Positions 1 through 13,400 are shown, counted from the whole stretch's first letter. The stretch is DNA of 63,592 nucleotides, filler included, from Octopus bimaculoides (GCF_001194135.2; 6 parts of 6 records of this genome joined end to end with filler, not necessarily neighbours in it), one strand, 5' to 3'. The notes: generated by a model not told the origin, from the letters alone. Translations and numbers: made by a program.

Positions 1-8
1 AAATTTTT

Positions 9-140
9 CCCACAAGGGCGGCTTCCGGCAGGTGGAGAATAGTCGATTATATCAACCCCTGTGTTTAACTGGTACTTATTTTTTAAACCCCGAAAGGATG
101 AAAGGCAAAGTCGACTTCAGCGGAATTTGAACTCAGAACG
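9..140 (-). mobile_element. tRNA-like SINE family A, partial copy
   Basis: Reverse complement of the family core (CCCCGAAAGGATGAAAGGCAAAGTCGAC...GGAATTTGAACTCAGAACG) seen in about 10 copies in the window. Confidence 0.85.
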
Positions 141-489
141 TAGAGATGGGCACAAACCTCCTGTCACGACACTGATTCTGCAGAACAGGGTTGAGTGTGA
201 AAACCAACTTTAAACTGTAAATATACATGTTTTTGGATACACACTCATACATACATACGTACAAATACATACATACATACAAATAAACACATACATACAA
301 ATACCTGTCAGTCTCTTCCAAATACGATTGACTGTCAAACATTTATTTCCTACAAACTGAATTTTTTGAATATCTTTCTTAAAATGCATTTACTTACTAC
401 CATATATATATAGAGACACAGAATACACACATACATACATACAAATACCTGTCATTTTTTTTCATTAATGTGTGTGTGTGTGTTGCCCA

Positions 490-1932
490 TCTTAATATAT
501 AAAGCTGAAGTTGTGTATGTGTGAAGCCTTTTTAAAAGTTTATAAAAATCTACATTTTCGACTTTTTCGTAAAATTTTTTACATCAATGGAATTTTCTTG
601 GTGTGAACTTTCCAGTGCAGTAATTAAATTTTTAAAATTCTGTTTACTTTGTGTGATTTAAGGGAGATTTGGCTGTTGTTTCTAGCAACTTTTATATTTC
701 TTCCCTTCTACCTGAACCAACGTTCTTACACATCAATCAGGCGTTCAACATATAATATAGAGAGTAAGAGTAAAAGAGAGAGAGAAAGTGATACATACAA
801 AGTCATAGATTAACTTTGTTTAAGACTATTCTTTCCTTCTACCTTTTCACTCTTACTCCTCTCTCCCATTTAATAGCTTTCTTCTATCGCTCTACCTCTA
901 ACATATTTTTCATAACATAGAAACGTAAAAACACACAGAACCATACATACGTGATCTGTGACAACATACACATAAACACATCAACATTATAGATATAAGA
1001 TTTAGTTTGTGTGTTTCTTATATAAACATGCACACGCATTGCTATTTTATAACTGTCTTCCGTTCTCCCGTCCTCTATTCCTTTCTCCCCCTCTCTTTTC
1101 CTCTCTCCCTCTTCCCTCTCGCTCTCTCAAACGCATACACGCGCAGGTACACACAAGCATTCACTACAATATAACTCATGTTCGTCAATGTTTTGTAAAT
1201 ATACAAACTACAGAGCTTATGGACAACACATTGCAAATCAGTGAACTTCATTAGAAATGTGGGTAATATTTCAGATTAACACCCGCACGATTTTCACCAG
1301 GGTGTTAGGTTACGGTTTTAGGGTTAGGGTTAGGTAATAGTGCGGGTGTTAATTACTGAAATGTGAAAACTACCGAACCTGCCATCTGTTGTAACTTTTG
1401 TTGTTCTGTTTAATATGTACATAAATTATGCCTCGAAAGAAGAGAGCTTGCTGGGGAAAGAAAGCAACCGGTTTAAAAAGACAGCAACAGACTGCACCAA
1501 TTCACCACATTCCAGAAGCTACATTGAACATAATGCAAAATGGTGCATGAACATCTACTGCCCAATCTGATAGAATTCTGGCAGAACTGTGTAGCAACAG
1601 ATCGCCAGCAATTGCTTCATCAGAAATTGCCATCCCACCTCCTGCGAAAAGAGATTACCTTGCTATGTATAATCAGGGCAGTGCAAAAAGTTGTTTTGCA
1701 CAAGCATTTGTATAGCCAATTAGACGGATGAAATTTACGTATACTTAATAATGTTACGCAAAACAACCTTCAGACTTTCCCTATTAATTTCGTCTTTTGA
1801 ATTATGAACATATTTACATCATAAGGGTTTTTTTGTTGTAAGGCTTTCTTTTTTAGTTGATTTTCACCAAGGAAGACTTATTGAAGATGGCATAATAAGT
1901 CACACCTGGACAACGTCGGGTTATACTGCTAG
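490..1932 (+). mobile_element. Decayed non-autonomous Helitron, possibly with nested insertions
   Basis: A|TCTTAATATATAAAG 5' end at 490; subterminal CCTGGACAACGTCGGG then CTAG|T at 1929-1933; MPRKKR-type start at 1428. Continuity between the two ends is not proven. Confidence 0.55.
1269..1361. repeat. Inverted-repeat element enclosing degenerate TTAGGG repeats
   Basis: Arms TTTCAGATTAACACCCGCAC / GTGCGGGTGTTAATTACTGAAA around TTAGGT TACGGT TTTAGGG TTAGGG TTAGGT. Confidence 0.75.
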
Positions 1933-2128
1933 TCCATCAATAAAATTTATTAATGAATATGTCAGATATGCTTCATACAAAAGGAATAAAGTAATCTCGG
2001 TGATATGATAAAGGCTATACAGCTTCAAATTAAAAAGAAATTTACATTGCTCATGGTATGTTTTTTTTCAACTTTGGAAGTGTGCGAAGTCCTCTTCTGC
2101 ATCTATGCTTTCCTTTCCTTCATATATA

Positions 2129-2513
2129 CTCTTTTACTTGTTTCAGTCATTTGACTGTGGCCATGCTGGAGCACCGCCTTTAGTCGAGCAAATCGACTCC
2201 AAGACTTATTCTTTGGAAGCCTAGTACTTATTCTATCGGTCTCTTTTGCCGAACCGCTAAGTTACGGGGACGTAAACACACCAGCATCGGTTGTCAAGCG
2301 ATGTTGGGGGGACAGACACACAAACACACACATATATATACATATATACAACAGGCTTCTTTAAGTTTCTGTGCACCAAATCCACTCACAAGGCTTTGGT
2401 TGGCCCGAGGCTATAGTAGAAGACACTTGCCCAAGTTGCCACGCAGTGGGACTGAACCTGGAACCATGTAGTTGGTAAGCAAGCTACTTACCACACAGCC
2501 ACTCCTGCGCCTA
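2129..2513 (-). mobile_element. Composite tRNA/CORE-like SINE (family B head + microsatellite + C tail)
   Basis: A-box TGGCTGTGTGG and B-box GGTTCAGTCCC on the minus strand, CORE-like CCTTGGGCAAG, internal (TA/CA)n; same arrangement at 16874, 41506, 46537, 53635. Confidence 0.9.
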
Positions 2514-2560
2514 TGATATATATATAATGATATATATATGATATACTTACATATATATCA

Positions 2561-4419
2561 TAGGTGTGCGGTCCATGGAAGCAAGGGAAGCAATGCTTCC
2601 CTTAAAAATTATAGAAACAAAATCGAAACTATATCACTTATTTTTCATAAGATTGTTCTAATGTTCTGTAAAATTAATATCTGTGCAAGGGAAGCAACAC
2701 GAGCTGTTGCATCTTTTTTGATGTAAAAATGCTACAAAGACCATTTTTTTCTAGTAAGAGCTGATAACGAATAGTTTTAGATGCTAATAAATACTTATAT
2801 GCTTAGATTAAGTTTCTGTCAATTTGCAATACCTATGATATATATAATCTTGCATTGTTACGTAACACTTACATAGGAAAAGGGAAGCAAGTTGACATTC
2901 TGCTTCCATCAGATGAAGCAACTGATATTAGAACTGTAACACAGTTTTCATTTGTTGTAAGATATGTTTTAAGTGACGGTAATATTGCAGAAAGATTTTT
3001 AGGATTTTTAAATGTAAGTTCTGATTGTACAGCAAGTGGTTTGTCAAATATTGTTTGATAAAATAGAAGAGTTAAAAATTGGTCATAAGTTTGTGGCTCA
3101 AACTTATGATAGTGGAAGAGTGATGCCAAGCGAATTAAATAGTTTGTAAAAGAAAGTTAAAGAAAAGTATCCTAATGCCTTTTTTGTTCATTGTATGGAC
3201 CATAGATTAAATCTATCTCAAGCGGCTGCAAATATTCAAGAATGCGATAAGTTTTTTTCACAGATAAAGTATTTTTCTTAATTTTTTTTCTAAGTCGACC
3301 AAATGCATGCATCTTTTAGATGCTGAAATTAAAAAGTGCTTTTCAAAAGTGGTGCCAACTCGCTGGAACTTGAATCATTCGTTGGTAGAAACAGTTCATG
3401 AATATCATGAGCAACTTGCTGATTTATTCCTAAACATCATTGATAATTCAAGTAAATGGGACATGGAAAATTATACCTATGCTCAGGCATTGTATTCTAA
3501 TTAACAAAATTGTGAATTCAATTTTTTGTTAAATGTGTTTGGTGATATTTTTATTTACACAAATGCAGCATTTGACATCCTCCAGAGAAAAACATTTGAC
3601 ATAACCTACTGTATTTGCAAAGTAAATGAAATAGTGAAAATTTTGAAAGAAAAACTGCATAAATTTTCTAAATTTTGGGCTAACGCTGATGGCATTTATC
3701 CTCAGATGAAAGAAAGAAAAAATGCGTTTGCAACAGAAGAAAGGTACAGACAGCTGTTTTACAAAATTATAGATTTAATTTGCGAGCAAATTGATACACG
3801 ATTTCAAAATTTAAATGAATTATATTTTTTAGCACTTCCCAATCCAATGAAACAAAAAATGACACCCAGGAAACATTTCTAACTTAAACATTCCTATGGA
3901 GACCATTTTGACAGCTAAAAGTTAAGAAGTAAACTTACTGCCTTATGCAAAGATGCTGAACTAAAAGGAAAATCTGTTCAAGATTTACTTTATATTCTGC
4001 ATAATAGTGGATTAGATGAAGCTTTGCCTCAGTTAATGAAGCTTTGTGAATTAATATCAATACTACCAGCAACAAGTGCTACAGTGAAGTGCTCCTTTTC
4101 ATACCTAAGGAGAATTCATAATTATACAAGAAATTCGCAGGGACAAGAAAGGTTGAGCAGTTTAGCTCTAATTGGTATAGAAAAAGCTGTTTTAAAAAGC
4201 ATTAAGAACGATACCTTCTACAATGATGTTATCAACAATTTCAACAAGAAAGAGAGATGGATTGAATTAACATTTAAATAAAATAGGTAAGTTTTAATTG
4301 TGACTTTTTTAATTTTAAAAATAGCTGTATAATATGAATATGTCAATTTGATTCAAATATCTATGTGACAGAAAATTTTGGTTATTGCTTCTAAAGCCAG
4401 AAAGATCACTGCACACCCG
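2561..4419 (+). mobile_element. hAT-superfamily transposon, internally deleted, transposase disrupted
   Basis: Frames DEATD..FVVRYV..ERFLGF (2855-3058), VPTRWN (3307-3504), C-terminal dimerisation motif ILPATSATVKCSFSYLRRI..RNSQGQERLSSLALI (4024-4281); imperfect TIRs AGGTGTGCGGT / ACTGCACACCC. Confidence 0.9.
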
Positions 4420-4454
4420 GGCAAGTGAAATCAAAATCGTAATTGAACCATACT

Positions 4455-4917
4455 CGATGACTGGCACCTGTGCCAGTGGAGCACTAACAGCACTGTCCGA
4501 GCGTGTTCATTGCCAGAGCAGCTGTCTGGCTTCCGTGCTAGTGGCCCGTAAATAGCACCATTTGAGCGTAATTGTTACCAGCATCGCCTTCTAGCATTTG
4601 CGCTGGTGGTACATTAGAAAATCATTCGAGCAAGGTCTTTGCCAGTGCTGCTGGACTGGCTCCCGTGCAGGTGGCACGTAAAAAACACCTTTTTGAGTGT
4701 GGTCGTTGCCAGTACCGTGTGACTGGCCTTCGTGCCAGTGGCACGTAAAAGCACCTACTACACCCTTGGAGTGGTTGGCGTTAAGAAGGGCATCCAGCTG
4801 TAGAAACTCTGCCAGATCAGATTGGAGCCTGGTGCAGCCTTCTGGCTTGCCAGTCCTCAGTCAAATCGTCCAACCCATGCTAGCATGGAAAGCGGACTTT
4901 AAACGATGATGATGATA
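4455..4917 (+). mobile_element. RTE-tail SINE-like element (family D) with about 65-bp tandem units and a (GAT)n tail
   Basis: About five CTGGC..GTGC..GTGGCACGTAAAA..CACC units, then a 3' part also found at 51276-51575 and 15692-15757 and resembling the RTE tail at 8180-8320. Confidence 0.8.
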
Positions 4918-5078
4918 GTAACTTACAGGTGAAGCATGTTCACTTTCACAGTGTTGTGTATTTCTTTCATTTTTTTTTTCACTATATTAGCAATTAAACA
5001 ATCACATAATTGAGGACTGCAAATGCAGAAGATAGGCTAGTGACCACAAACAACTGAAAACCATGTGTGCATGAATTA

Positions 5079-5593
5079 CTGTATTTTCCAGTGTATAAGC
5101 CGCTATTTTTTACCTGGGAAAGTTACTGTGCAGCTTATAGAAAAGTGCGCCTAATGTGTGTATTTTTTTAAAGTTTCAGGAGGAAAATAATTTGTGTATG
5201 GAGATCAAATGATTCCACTGATTTTTTTCAGAGGAAAGGTCGGTTGGTGAACAACATGAAAGACTAGTGCTATAGTACATTGGTGCCTGGAAGAAAACAA
5301 AGCATATTTGTTTTGTTTTACTTTCATATTTTGATAATGTTATTTTTAATCTAATAAAGACTTTAATATTGATTAAATGTATTTGTTGTTGATTATAGTA
5401 AGATAAAATCATAAAAATAACAATACATTTCAAACTACATACATGTCAACAACAAAAAAGCTAGCTGCGGATCTGTAGCTCTATAGGTCTTTTAAACACC
5501 TGTGTGCTTTATGTGTGGATAAAACCAAAATTTTCCTCCAAATTCAGCCCTGCGGCTTAAATACTGATGTGTTTTATAGACCAGAAAATATGG
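5079..5593. mobile_element. Pogo/Tigger-like MITE
   Basis: TA|CTGTATTTTCCAGTGTATAA ... TTATAGACCAGAAAATATGG|TA: imperfect TIRs flanked by TA. Confidence 0.75.
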
Positions 5594-5929
5594 TACATAC
5601 AATGGCCAACAAGTTTTCGCGTGAGTAAACAAAGGGCAGGGAAACTAACTGCCATGAATCCATAGGAAATCCATTGATATTGTTCAACAAAATGTTCCAC
5701 CACTAAGTTTAACAATCTAAGCTGAAATTAATTTGTTTATCCACAGAGAAATATCTGTTATCTGAAATATCAAATACCTATATATTTCCAGAGTGAGAGA
5801 GAGAGAATTTAGGTTTGGCATTATTCGCCTATCAAATAAAAAGATAGACAGACAGATAGATAGATAGGAAGGTAATGTCTAGGTGGTGTAGGTATTCTAC
5901 TAGCAGAGAAATGGGTGGATAAGATGATT

Positions 5930-8320
5930 GAGGTAGTCAGGGTATGTGATAGGATTGTCTGAAGTAACTTTGCCAGTTATCTCTGCATATGCTCCATATC
6001 CTGGACTTGCAGATGCTCAGAAGGACCATTTCTATGAATCTCTTCTGAAGACTACCTTGACAACAAAAGACAACATTCTCCTCATGGCAGTGGAAAACAC
6101 TCTGATGGATTTTATGGTATGCATGGCGGCAACAGCTTTGGCTCCAGAAATGAAGAGGAGGAGGTTGCTGGAGTTTAGCGATGCTCATGGCTTACTGGTC
6201 TGCAACACCAACTACAGAAAGTCTGCCAGCCATCTGATCACTTATCAATCTGGGGGACATGCCAGCCAGATTGACTACATCCTCACCAGACACAAGGATA
6301 GATATATGCTCATAAACAGAAAATCCTTCCCAGGAGAAAAATGTACAGATCAACATAAGCTAGTGATTAGTGACTTCAGGATTAGGGCCAGAAAGATCCA
6401 GAGACAGAAGCCAATATGGAAAAGGAGGCTGTGGAAGCTCATGGTTCTTTTAAACAGACAGAGATTTAGCTAAGCCCTCAATGAGGCCTTCGATGAGAAG
6501 GAGGGAGAGATAGAGACATAGGATGTAGAGGATAACTGGAAGTTTCTACAGGACAATCTACTAAGGACAACAGACCCAGGGTGATGTGGTGGTGGAACAG
6601 TGATGTTGACATGGCCATAAAAAAGAAGAGATGGGTCGGTAGCAAAGAATCATATCAAAAAGCTAAAAGGGAGGCTAGATGTTAGGTTTATCTAGCTAGG
6701 GTAGAAGCAGAAAAGAAGTTTGCCAAAGTCCTACAGCATGAAGATCAGAGACATGAAGTGATCCGGATTGCTAATGTGTCAGTGAGAATTGAGATATTGT
6801 GGGAGAGAAGTGTATGCAAATGGATAATGGTATGCTTGCACTTAGTGATGTAGACAAGAAAAAGGCGTGGAAAAGTTACTATGTGAAACTGTTGAATGTA
6901 GAGAATGAATGGGATAAAGGCATGGTGTAATACTCAGTGACTGGCATAGAAGCATAATTGTTAGCTGCTACGAGAGTTAGGGTGATGCTTTAGATAGGAG
7001 TAATTATAGAGGCATCTAACTCCTGGATCACGTGATGAAAATTATGGAGAGAGCTATAGCCCAATTAATTAGGAGTAGAATTAAGTTAGACGAAATGCAG
7101 TTTGGCTTTGTCTGGGGAAGAAGCACTACTGATGCTATTTTCATAGTCAGGAAACTGCAAGAGAAGATACTTAGCTGAGCATAAACCATTATACTTGGCA
7201 TTCATTGATCTCGAGAAAACCTTTGATAGAGTGCCCTGTTGTGTGATATGGTAGGCTCTGAGGAGGTTAGGGATACACGTGTGGCTGGTCAAAGCTATGC
7301 AAGCCACGTACTTACATGCTGTTAGTAAGGTGAGAACCCCTACCTGTACAGCAAAGAATTTGTTGTACAAGTAGGGGTTCATCAAGGCTTAGTCCTTAGT
7401 ACCTCTTTTTCATCACTGTCCCCCAGGCCATAGAGGAATTCAAGCCCAGCATCCCCTGGTTACTACTATATGCTGATGATCTTGCCTTCATAGTGGATTC
7501 TATATCAGAGATAGAAAACAAATTCCAGGTGTGGAAGCAAAATCTGGAATCTAAGGGCCTTAAGGGTAACTTAGCAAAGACTAAGATCCTAGTAAGCAAG
7601 AAAACTGACAAGGCCCCTATCCCACTCAGGAACTCCATACGGTGTATCCAGTGTAAGCTATGGACACACAAGAGGTGCAGTGGATTAATAGGAAGGTTAT
7701 TAGAGAAGATAGTTTTCATGTAGAAGATGCACAGGATTTATAAAAACTTTAGAGACATGAGAAATTGATTCTCTCAAATGCCCTGGTGACTCCATTAAGA
7801 GTAGCAGGTAATTTCTGCTACCTAGGAGGTCAAATTAGTAATTGGGAGGATGCACAGACAGTGTGACAACTAGAATTAGGATGGAGGGAATTCAGAGAGC
7901 TGTTACCTCTGTTGGCTACAAAAGGTTTCTCTCTCTGAGTGAAAGGAACATTGTATGATGCATATATACAGACAGCAATTCTACATGGTAGTGAGACGTG
8001 GACCATGAATGTAGAGGACATGTGAAGGTTAAGACATGGAATGAAGTACTGAAGAATTACCTTAGGATGTTGAACCTTTCAGGTGAGATGACAGAGGACC
8101 AAGATGCCTGATGTCTTGCTGTACTTAAGAAGACTTGTACTCCACAGCAGAAGTGTTAAGACAGGTCCTTCTAGTGGTGTAAATCACTTGTGGCTGTGCC
8201 ATGTAAAAGCACCCAGCACACTCTATACAATGGTTGGTGTTACAAAGGGCATCCAGCCATAGAAACCAAGCCAAATCAGACATGAGTCTGATGCAGCTCC
8301 CCAGCCTGCCAGCCCTGTCC
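5930..8320 (+). mobile_element. RTE-clade LINE, degenerate (APE endonuclease + RT)
   Basis: VISAYAP..LLEFSDAHGLLVCNT..HLITYQSG..SQIDYIL (EN); QFGF..STTDAIF..LQEK, AFIDLEKTFD, YADDL (7470s), KGLKGNLAKTK (RT); many stops and frameshifts. Confidence 0.92.
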
Positions 8321-8436
8321 TACTGTTTATATCTCGCTCAGAGATTTATTATTGCTTGTTTCTCCTTTTTTGAGATCAGTGACTTTTTGTCACTGGAAAA
8401 AGTATATGTATTTGCATTGAGAGATCATTTCTCATC

Positions 8437-10448
8437 CCCAGCTGGTGGTTGTTGTATTATTCGTCTGCTGCCTGTGTGAGTTTAATTTGTTCTAATGTTA
8501 TACTTCTACTGTTTTTTGTTATATCGTAATTTTGTTGAATTGTTGCACCTGTGAGATCTGAATCTCGATTGTTTCAGTAATAGTTATTTTCGCCCTGTGG
8601 GGCAGAAAATACTGTTATTGTTGGACTATAAACATTTTTTACAGGGTAAAAAATAATACTGTTTAATAATTTTTGTGAAGACATTTTTGGAAAAAAATAA
8701 TTTTTTGTCACTTAAAAACAATTTTTTGGAAAATTTGCATGTCCTATAAAAAGAATTTTTTGTATTAAGATGGAATTTGACTTAGAGTCAATTTTGGACT
8801 TCCCAGAGATTGGAAAGGCAAAAAAAAAAAAAAAANNNNNNNNNNAAAAAAAAAAAAAAAAAATGGAAAAGAAAATACAAAACATGTTCAAAATGGAAAA
8901 AAACTAGTTTCTCAGCTGCCGTTGGCGGCAATATGGTAAATGTGAACGTGTCCATGGCAGAACTGCTTAAATATCATAATATGATAAAGAAAACAGGGAA
9001 TGATACCAAGTTGCTCCCTACCCAAGATACACTACAAAATATAGCTGCCAAGACTGTGGTTTATAAGATGTACAGTCTGAAAGAAAAGCAAATTATGTCA
9101 GTCAAAAATGAAGTAATTAAAAAGTGTATGCAACCCATTTGGAACAAAACAAAATATGTTAGATGCAGGATAAAAAGTGCTACAGTGGAGGCACAATTCG
9201 CTGACAAAAGTACAGCAAAAGAACTGTCTACACTTACACTGAAAAATGAAGAAATAATTCTCCTACCAACTTATCTAGGCAGGAGAATGGCGAAAATTAA
9301 AGTGGAGGAAATTCCAGCTGGTTTGGACGTATTGTGGATTGCAGCAGCCGTATTATATGACATGGAAGAGCAAATGGCAATTCTGCAAATACAGAAAAAG
9401 GAGGATGAAAATTGGAAAGGCCAGACCCTCGAAATGGTGGTCTAAGCCAGCCCTGAAACTCACAAAGGACTTCCTGATAGAGTGTTCATAGTGGAGGGGC
9501 TGAGTATGAGTGTGGGCGTTGAAGGATGTAGGCCATGCTGTTTTAAGTGTGGTGAAAAAGGCCACGTCTGCTCAGGATGTCAAGAGAAAAAGAACGAGGC
9601 CCTTCCTCAACAAAAATCCAAAGAAACAACAGAAAAAGAAAAACAACCAAAAAAACAAACAGAAGTGCCCAAGGAAAGCGAAATGAAGCAAAAAACACCT
9701 AACACAGAAGAAGAAACAGGATTCACCTTAGTGAAGTCACAAAAAAGAAAAAAAGGCCTCAGCACCAGACTCCCCTCCCCATACAAAACACCTAAAGCAA
9801 CTGGAGACACACAAGAAAAAACTCCCCACACCACCCCTTTGTAAAACCCATAACCCATTACAAAACCCCACCACAACAACGGAAAAAAAATTGTGTCATT
9901 TAATGGAAAAAAATGAAGGACTGGCAAGAGTGATTAGAGCTCATCACGAATCTTGAGTTTATGAAGACAATAAGGACATGCTGCATCACATTTGAATTGC
10001 AAGGATGGATATTGGACTATATCATGAACTAAGAGAAAGATATCCTAATGACTTAAAAGATGTAAGTCAAGAAATGGCTGGTAGAACCTTTATGGTCAGT
10101 CCAGCGGCTACACCGCAAAGGAAAAAGGATGGGGAGGGGGAGGAAGCTGAATTTTTACAGCCCCTCCCCAAACTCAAATGTAAGTATAATTGTAACGTTA
10201 TTCAAGAAATGGAAGTTGAGTATGGATAACCCTACTTAATCTCATCCATGGTTGAAAGTATGGTATAGCCATTGAACTTCATGGCCAAGGGTAAACTTGT
10301 AAAAAAAATTTATCAATTGTAAATATAAGATTTCATCATCATCATATTTTAAAATCACTGTAAAAAGAACTCATAAACGCACTATTTGTTTGTAACGTCC
10401 TGTGTTGTCCCGTCTATGTATGATATATATTATAATAAAGAATAAATC
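8437..10448 (+). mobile_element. Tx1/L1-type LINE copy 1 (5'UTR, ORF1 with CCHC knuckle, internal deletion, 3' end)
   Basis: ORF1 PTYLGRRMAKIKVEEIP; CFKCGEKGHVCSGC zinc knuckle; ends ...TAAAGAATAAATC. Confidence 0.85.
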
Positions 10449-13400
10449 ACCAGCCAGTGGTTGTTGTATTATTCATCTACTGCCTGCATCAGTTCATTTT
10501 GTTCTAATGTTATACTTTTACAGTTTTTTTTGTTATATTGTTATTTCGTTGAATTGTTGAACCTGTGAGATTTGAAACTCAGTGGTTTTATTAACAGTTA
10601 TTTTCACCCTGCGGGGCCGAAAATTCTGTTATTGTTGAACTACAAACTTTAATATTTACCCTTTTACAGATAAAATACTATTTAATAATTATTTTTGTGA
10701 AAGACATTTTTGGCAAAAAATATTTTTTCGTCACTTTTAAAAACAATTTTTTGAAAATTTGTGTCCTGTAAAAGGAATTTTTTGTATTAGTATGGAATTT
10801 GACTTTTATAATATGGAAAAGGCAAAACAAAACAGAAAAGAAAGTACGAAACAGGTTCAAAAGGAAAAAACTAGTTTTTCAGCTGCCGTTGGTGGCAATA
10901 TGGTAAATTTGAACGTGTCCATGGCAGAATTGTTTAAATATCGCAATATGATAAAGAAAACAAGGAATGATACCAAGTTGCTCCCTACCCAAGATACACT
11001 ACAAAATATAGCTGCCAAGACTGTGGTTTATAAGATGTACAGTCTGAAAGAAAAGCAAATTATGTCAGTCAAAAATGAAGTAATTAAAAAGTGTACGCAA
11101 CCCATTTGGAACAAAATAAAATATGTTGGACGTGGGATAAAAAGTGCTACAGTGGAGGCACAATTCACTGACATAAGTACAGCAAAAGAACTGTCTACAC
11201 TTACACTGAAAAATGAAGAAATAATTCTCCTACCAACTTATCTAGGCAGGAGAATGGCGAAAATTAAAGTGGAGGAAATTACAGCTGGTTTGGACGTATT
11301 GTGGATTGCAGCAGCCGTATTATATGACATGGAAGAGCAAATGGCAATTCTGCAAATACAGAAAAAAAGAGGCTGAAAATTGGAAAGGCCAGTCACTCGA
11401 AATGGTGGTCCAAGCCAACCTCGAAACTCTTGAAGGACTTCCTGATAGGGTGTTCATAGGGGAGGGATTGAACGTGAGAGTGAGCATTGAAGGACGTCTG
11501 CCCAGGATGTCAAGAGAAAAAGAACGAGGCCCCCTCCTCAACAAAAATTCAAAGAAACAATAGAAAAAGAAAAATAACTAAGAAAACAAACAGAAGTGCC
11601 CAAGGAAGTCAAAACAACAAGGCAAGAAACACCTAACACAAGAAGAAACAGGATTCACTTTAGAGAAGTCACAAAAAAAGAGAAAGGCCTCAGTCCCAGA
11701 CTCTTCTCTCCATATGAAAACACCTAAAGCAACCACAGATACACAAGAACCCCCCCCCCCNNNNNNNNNNGTTAAAACCCTTCTCCAAACTCCACCCCAA
11801 AATAGTATCATTCAAAGAATGCAATGAAGCTTTGTCACATATTATAAGTGCACACCACAAAGTGCAAGTGTACAAAGCAAATCAAGACTTGCCACCTCAC
11901 ATTTGGATGGCCAGAATGGAGGTGAGTTTATTTAATGAACTAACACAAAGGTATAAGGAAGACATAAAAAAGACACAAGCGCAGAGATGGCCAGCAAGAG
12001 CTTCATCATGAATCCAGAAGGAGGATGGGGGTGGTGGGGGTGGACCTGAATTTATTCAGCCACTCCCCAAAATTAAAATGTAAGTACAAGTTTCTATAGA
12101 ATTTAAATTAGGGTGCATAAATGTGCATGACCAAGGGTTGAAATGGAAGCAAAATTATCTCCTAGATGACATTAGGTCACTAGAAATTGATATATGTGTC
12201 GTAACTGAGTCCAAGCTGAGTGGGTCACAAGCATTCATGTCCCTTCTAAATGACTACGAGAAATTTATTTCTCTTATTTGGTGGTAGGGTGGTCCTATTC
12301 AGGAAAAACTTGGACATGCAGCACTCTTTCTAGACCAAGAAGGTTGGTCATTCTAGATGTGACACATGTGAGTAAACAGTCCTTCAGGTTTGTAGCTGTC
12401 TACGCTCCAAATAAGTGTAGGCAGGCTGGTTTTTACCGGACCTGAAGAGTTTCTTAGTGAGGTCAAAAACTCTAGTTGTACAAGGAGACTTTAACACTAT
12501 TCTCGACACATGGGTGGATAGTGTTGGCTCAGCTGATAGAAGGGTAAATCCTGACCTCAAAAGGCTACTAGAGAGCTATAATCTAGTAGACTGGTACAAA
12601 CTGGATGAGCTGCTTGTTCCACAGTATGGTTCATACAGATCTTATTTAGATAGGATTATTGTTAGAGGTACAGACAGGGATACTGTTAGTTGTCCACGCT
12701 TTTGTTGTGTCCCATACACAAACCACAAGTAAGGGATACCTAGTTAAGTGTCATAGACAGGGATCTGGGTACTGGAAGATGAACAGGTCTATTTTAACTT
12801 GTAAAACCTTCTGGGCTCAGGCTAAGGAGTTAGTGCAGAGGGCTTTAACAGGCACCATTATCAATAATAGGTGGTGGTGCACCCTCAAACGAGCTATTCA
12901 TTCAGAGTCTATTACATTTAGCAAGCAGTTGAGTCTAGATAAGACTGAATAGAAGAGACATTAACAAAGAAATTAGATAAGGCCATGAAATCTGGCTCTG
13001 AATCTAGAGTAGGAGTCGGCAACCTAAACCAGACTGCGGGCCACCTCACAGGCTGCAGTCCCTACCAACCCGAAAAAATAACAAAAACACAAAATCAATG
13101 ATAAATGTAAATTGAACCTTATTAAGACTTGCAGTATTGGACAAAAGGACGAATTCCTCTTTCTCTCTAATTCTTCTCCAAAGTTATGTTTATTCAGTGT
13201 CAGTATCATGAAAGCAGGATGCTATTCTAGCTGGGGAGAAGACGGCTGCTGATTGGTTCTGTTAAATTTGCCGTCGGTTCAAAAAACCCCACTGGGTCAC
13301 GGGAAATGTCTCGCGGGCTGCACCTAATGGAAATCTTGACAAGGCGCTGCGAGCCACATGGGAGGCGCTTGCGGGCTGCAGGTTGCCCATGCCTGGTTTA

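Noticed and set aside
2553-4427. 8-bp TSD for the hAT relic
   Set aside because: Flanks ATATATCA and GGCAAGTG do not match, so the exact ends are uncertain
4455-4750. Regular 65-bp repeats as a CRISPR-like array
   Set aside because: Whole units are homologous (no unique spacers), the context is eukaryotic, and they are part of a dispersed retro-element
8348-8380. Resemblance to the U2 snRNA 5' end upstream of the Tx1 pair (Keno-like target)
   Set aside because: Patchy match, and the expected U2 continuation TCTGTTCTTATCAG is absent after either 3' end
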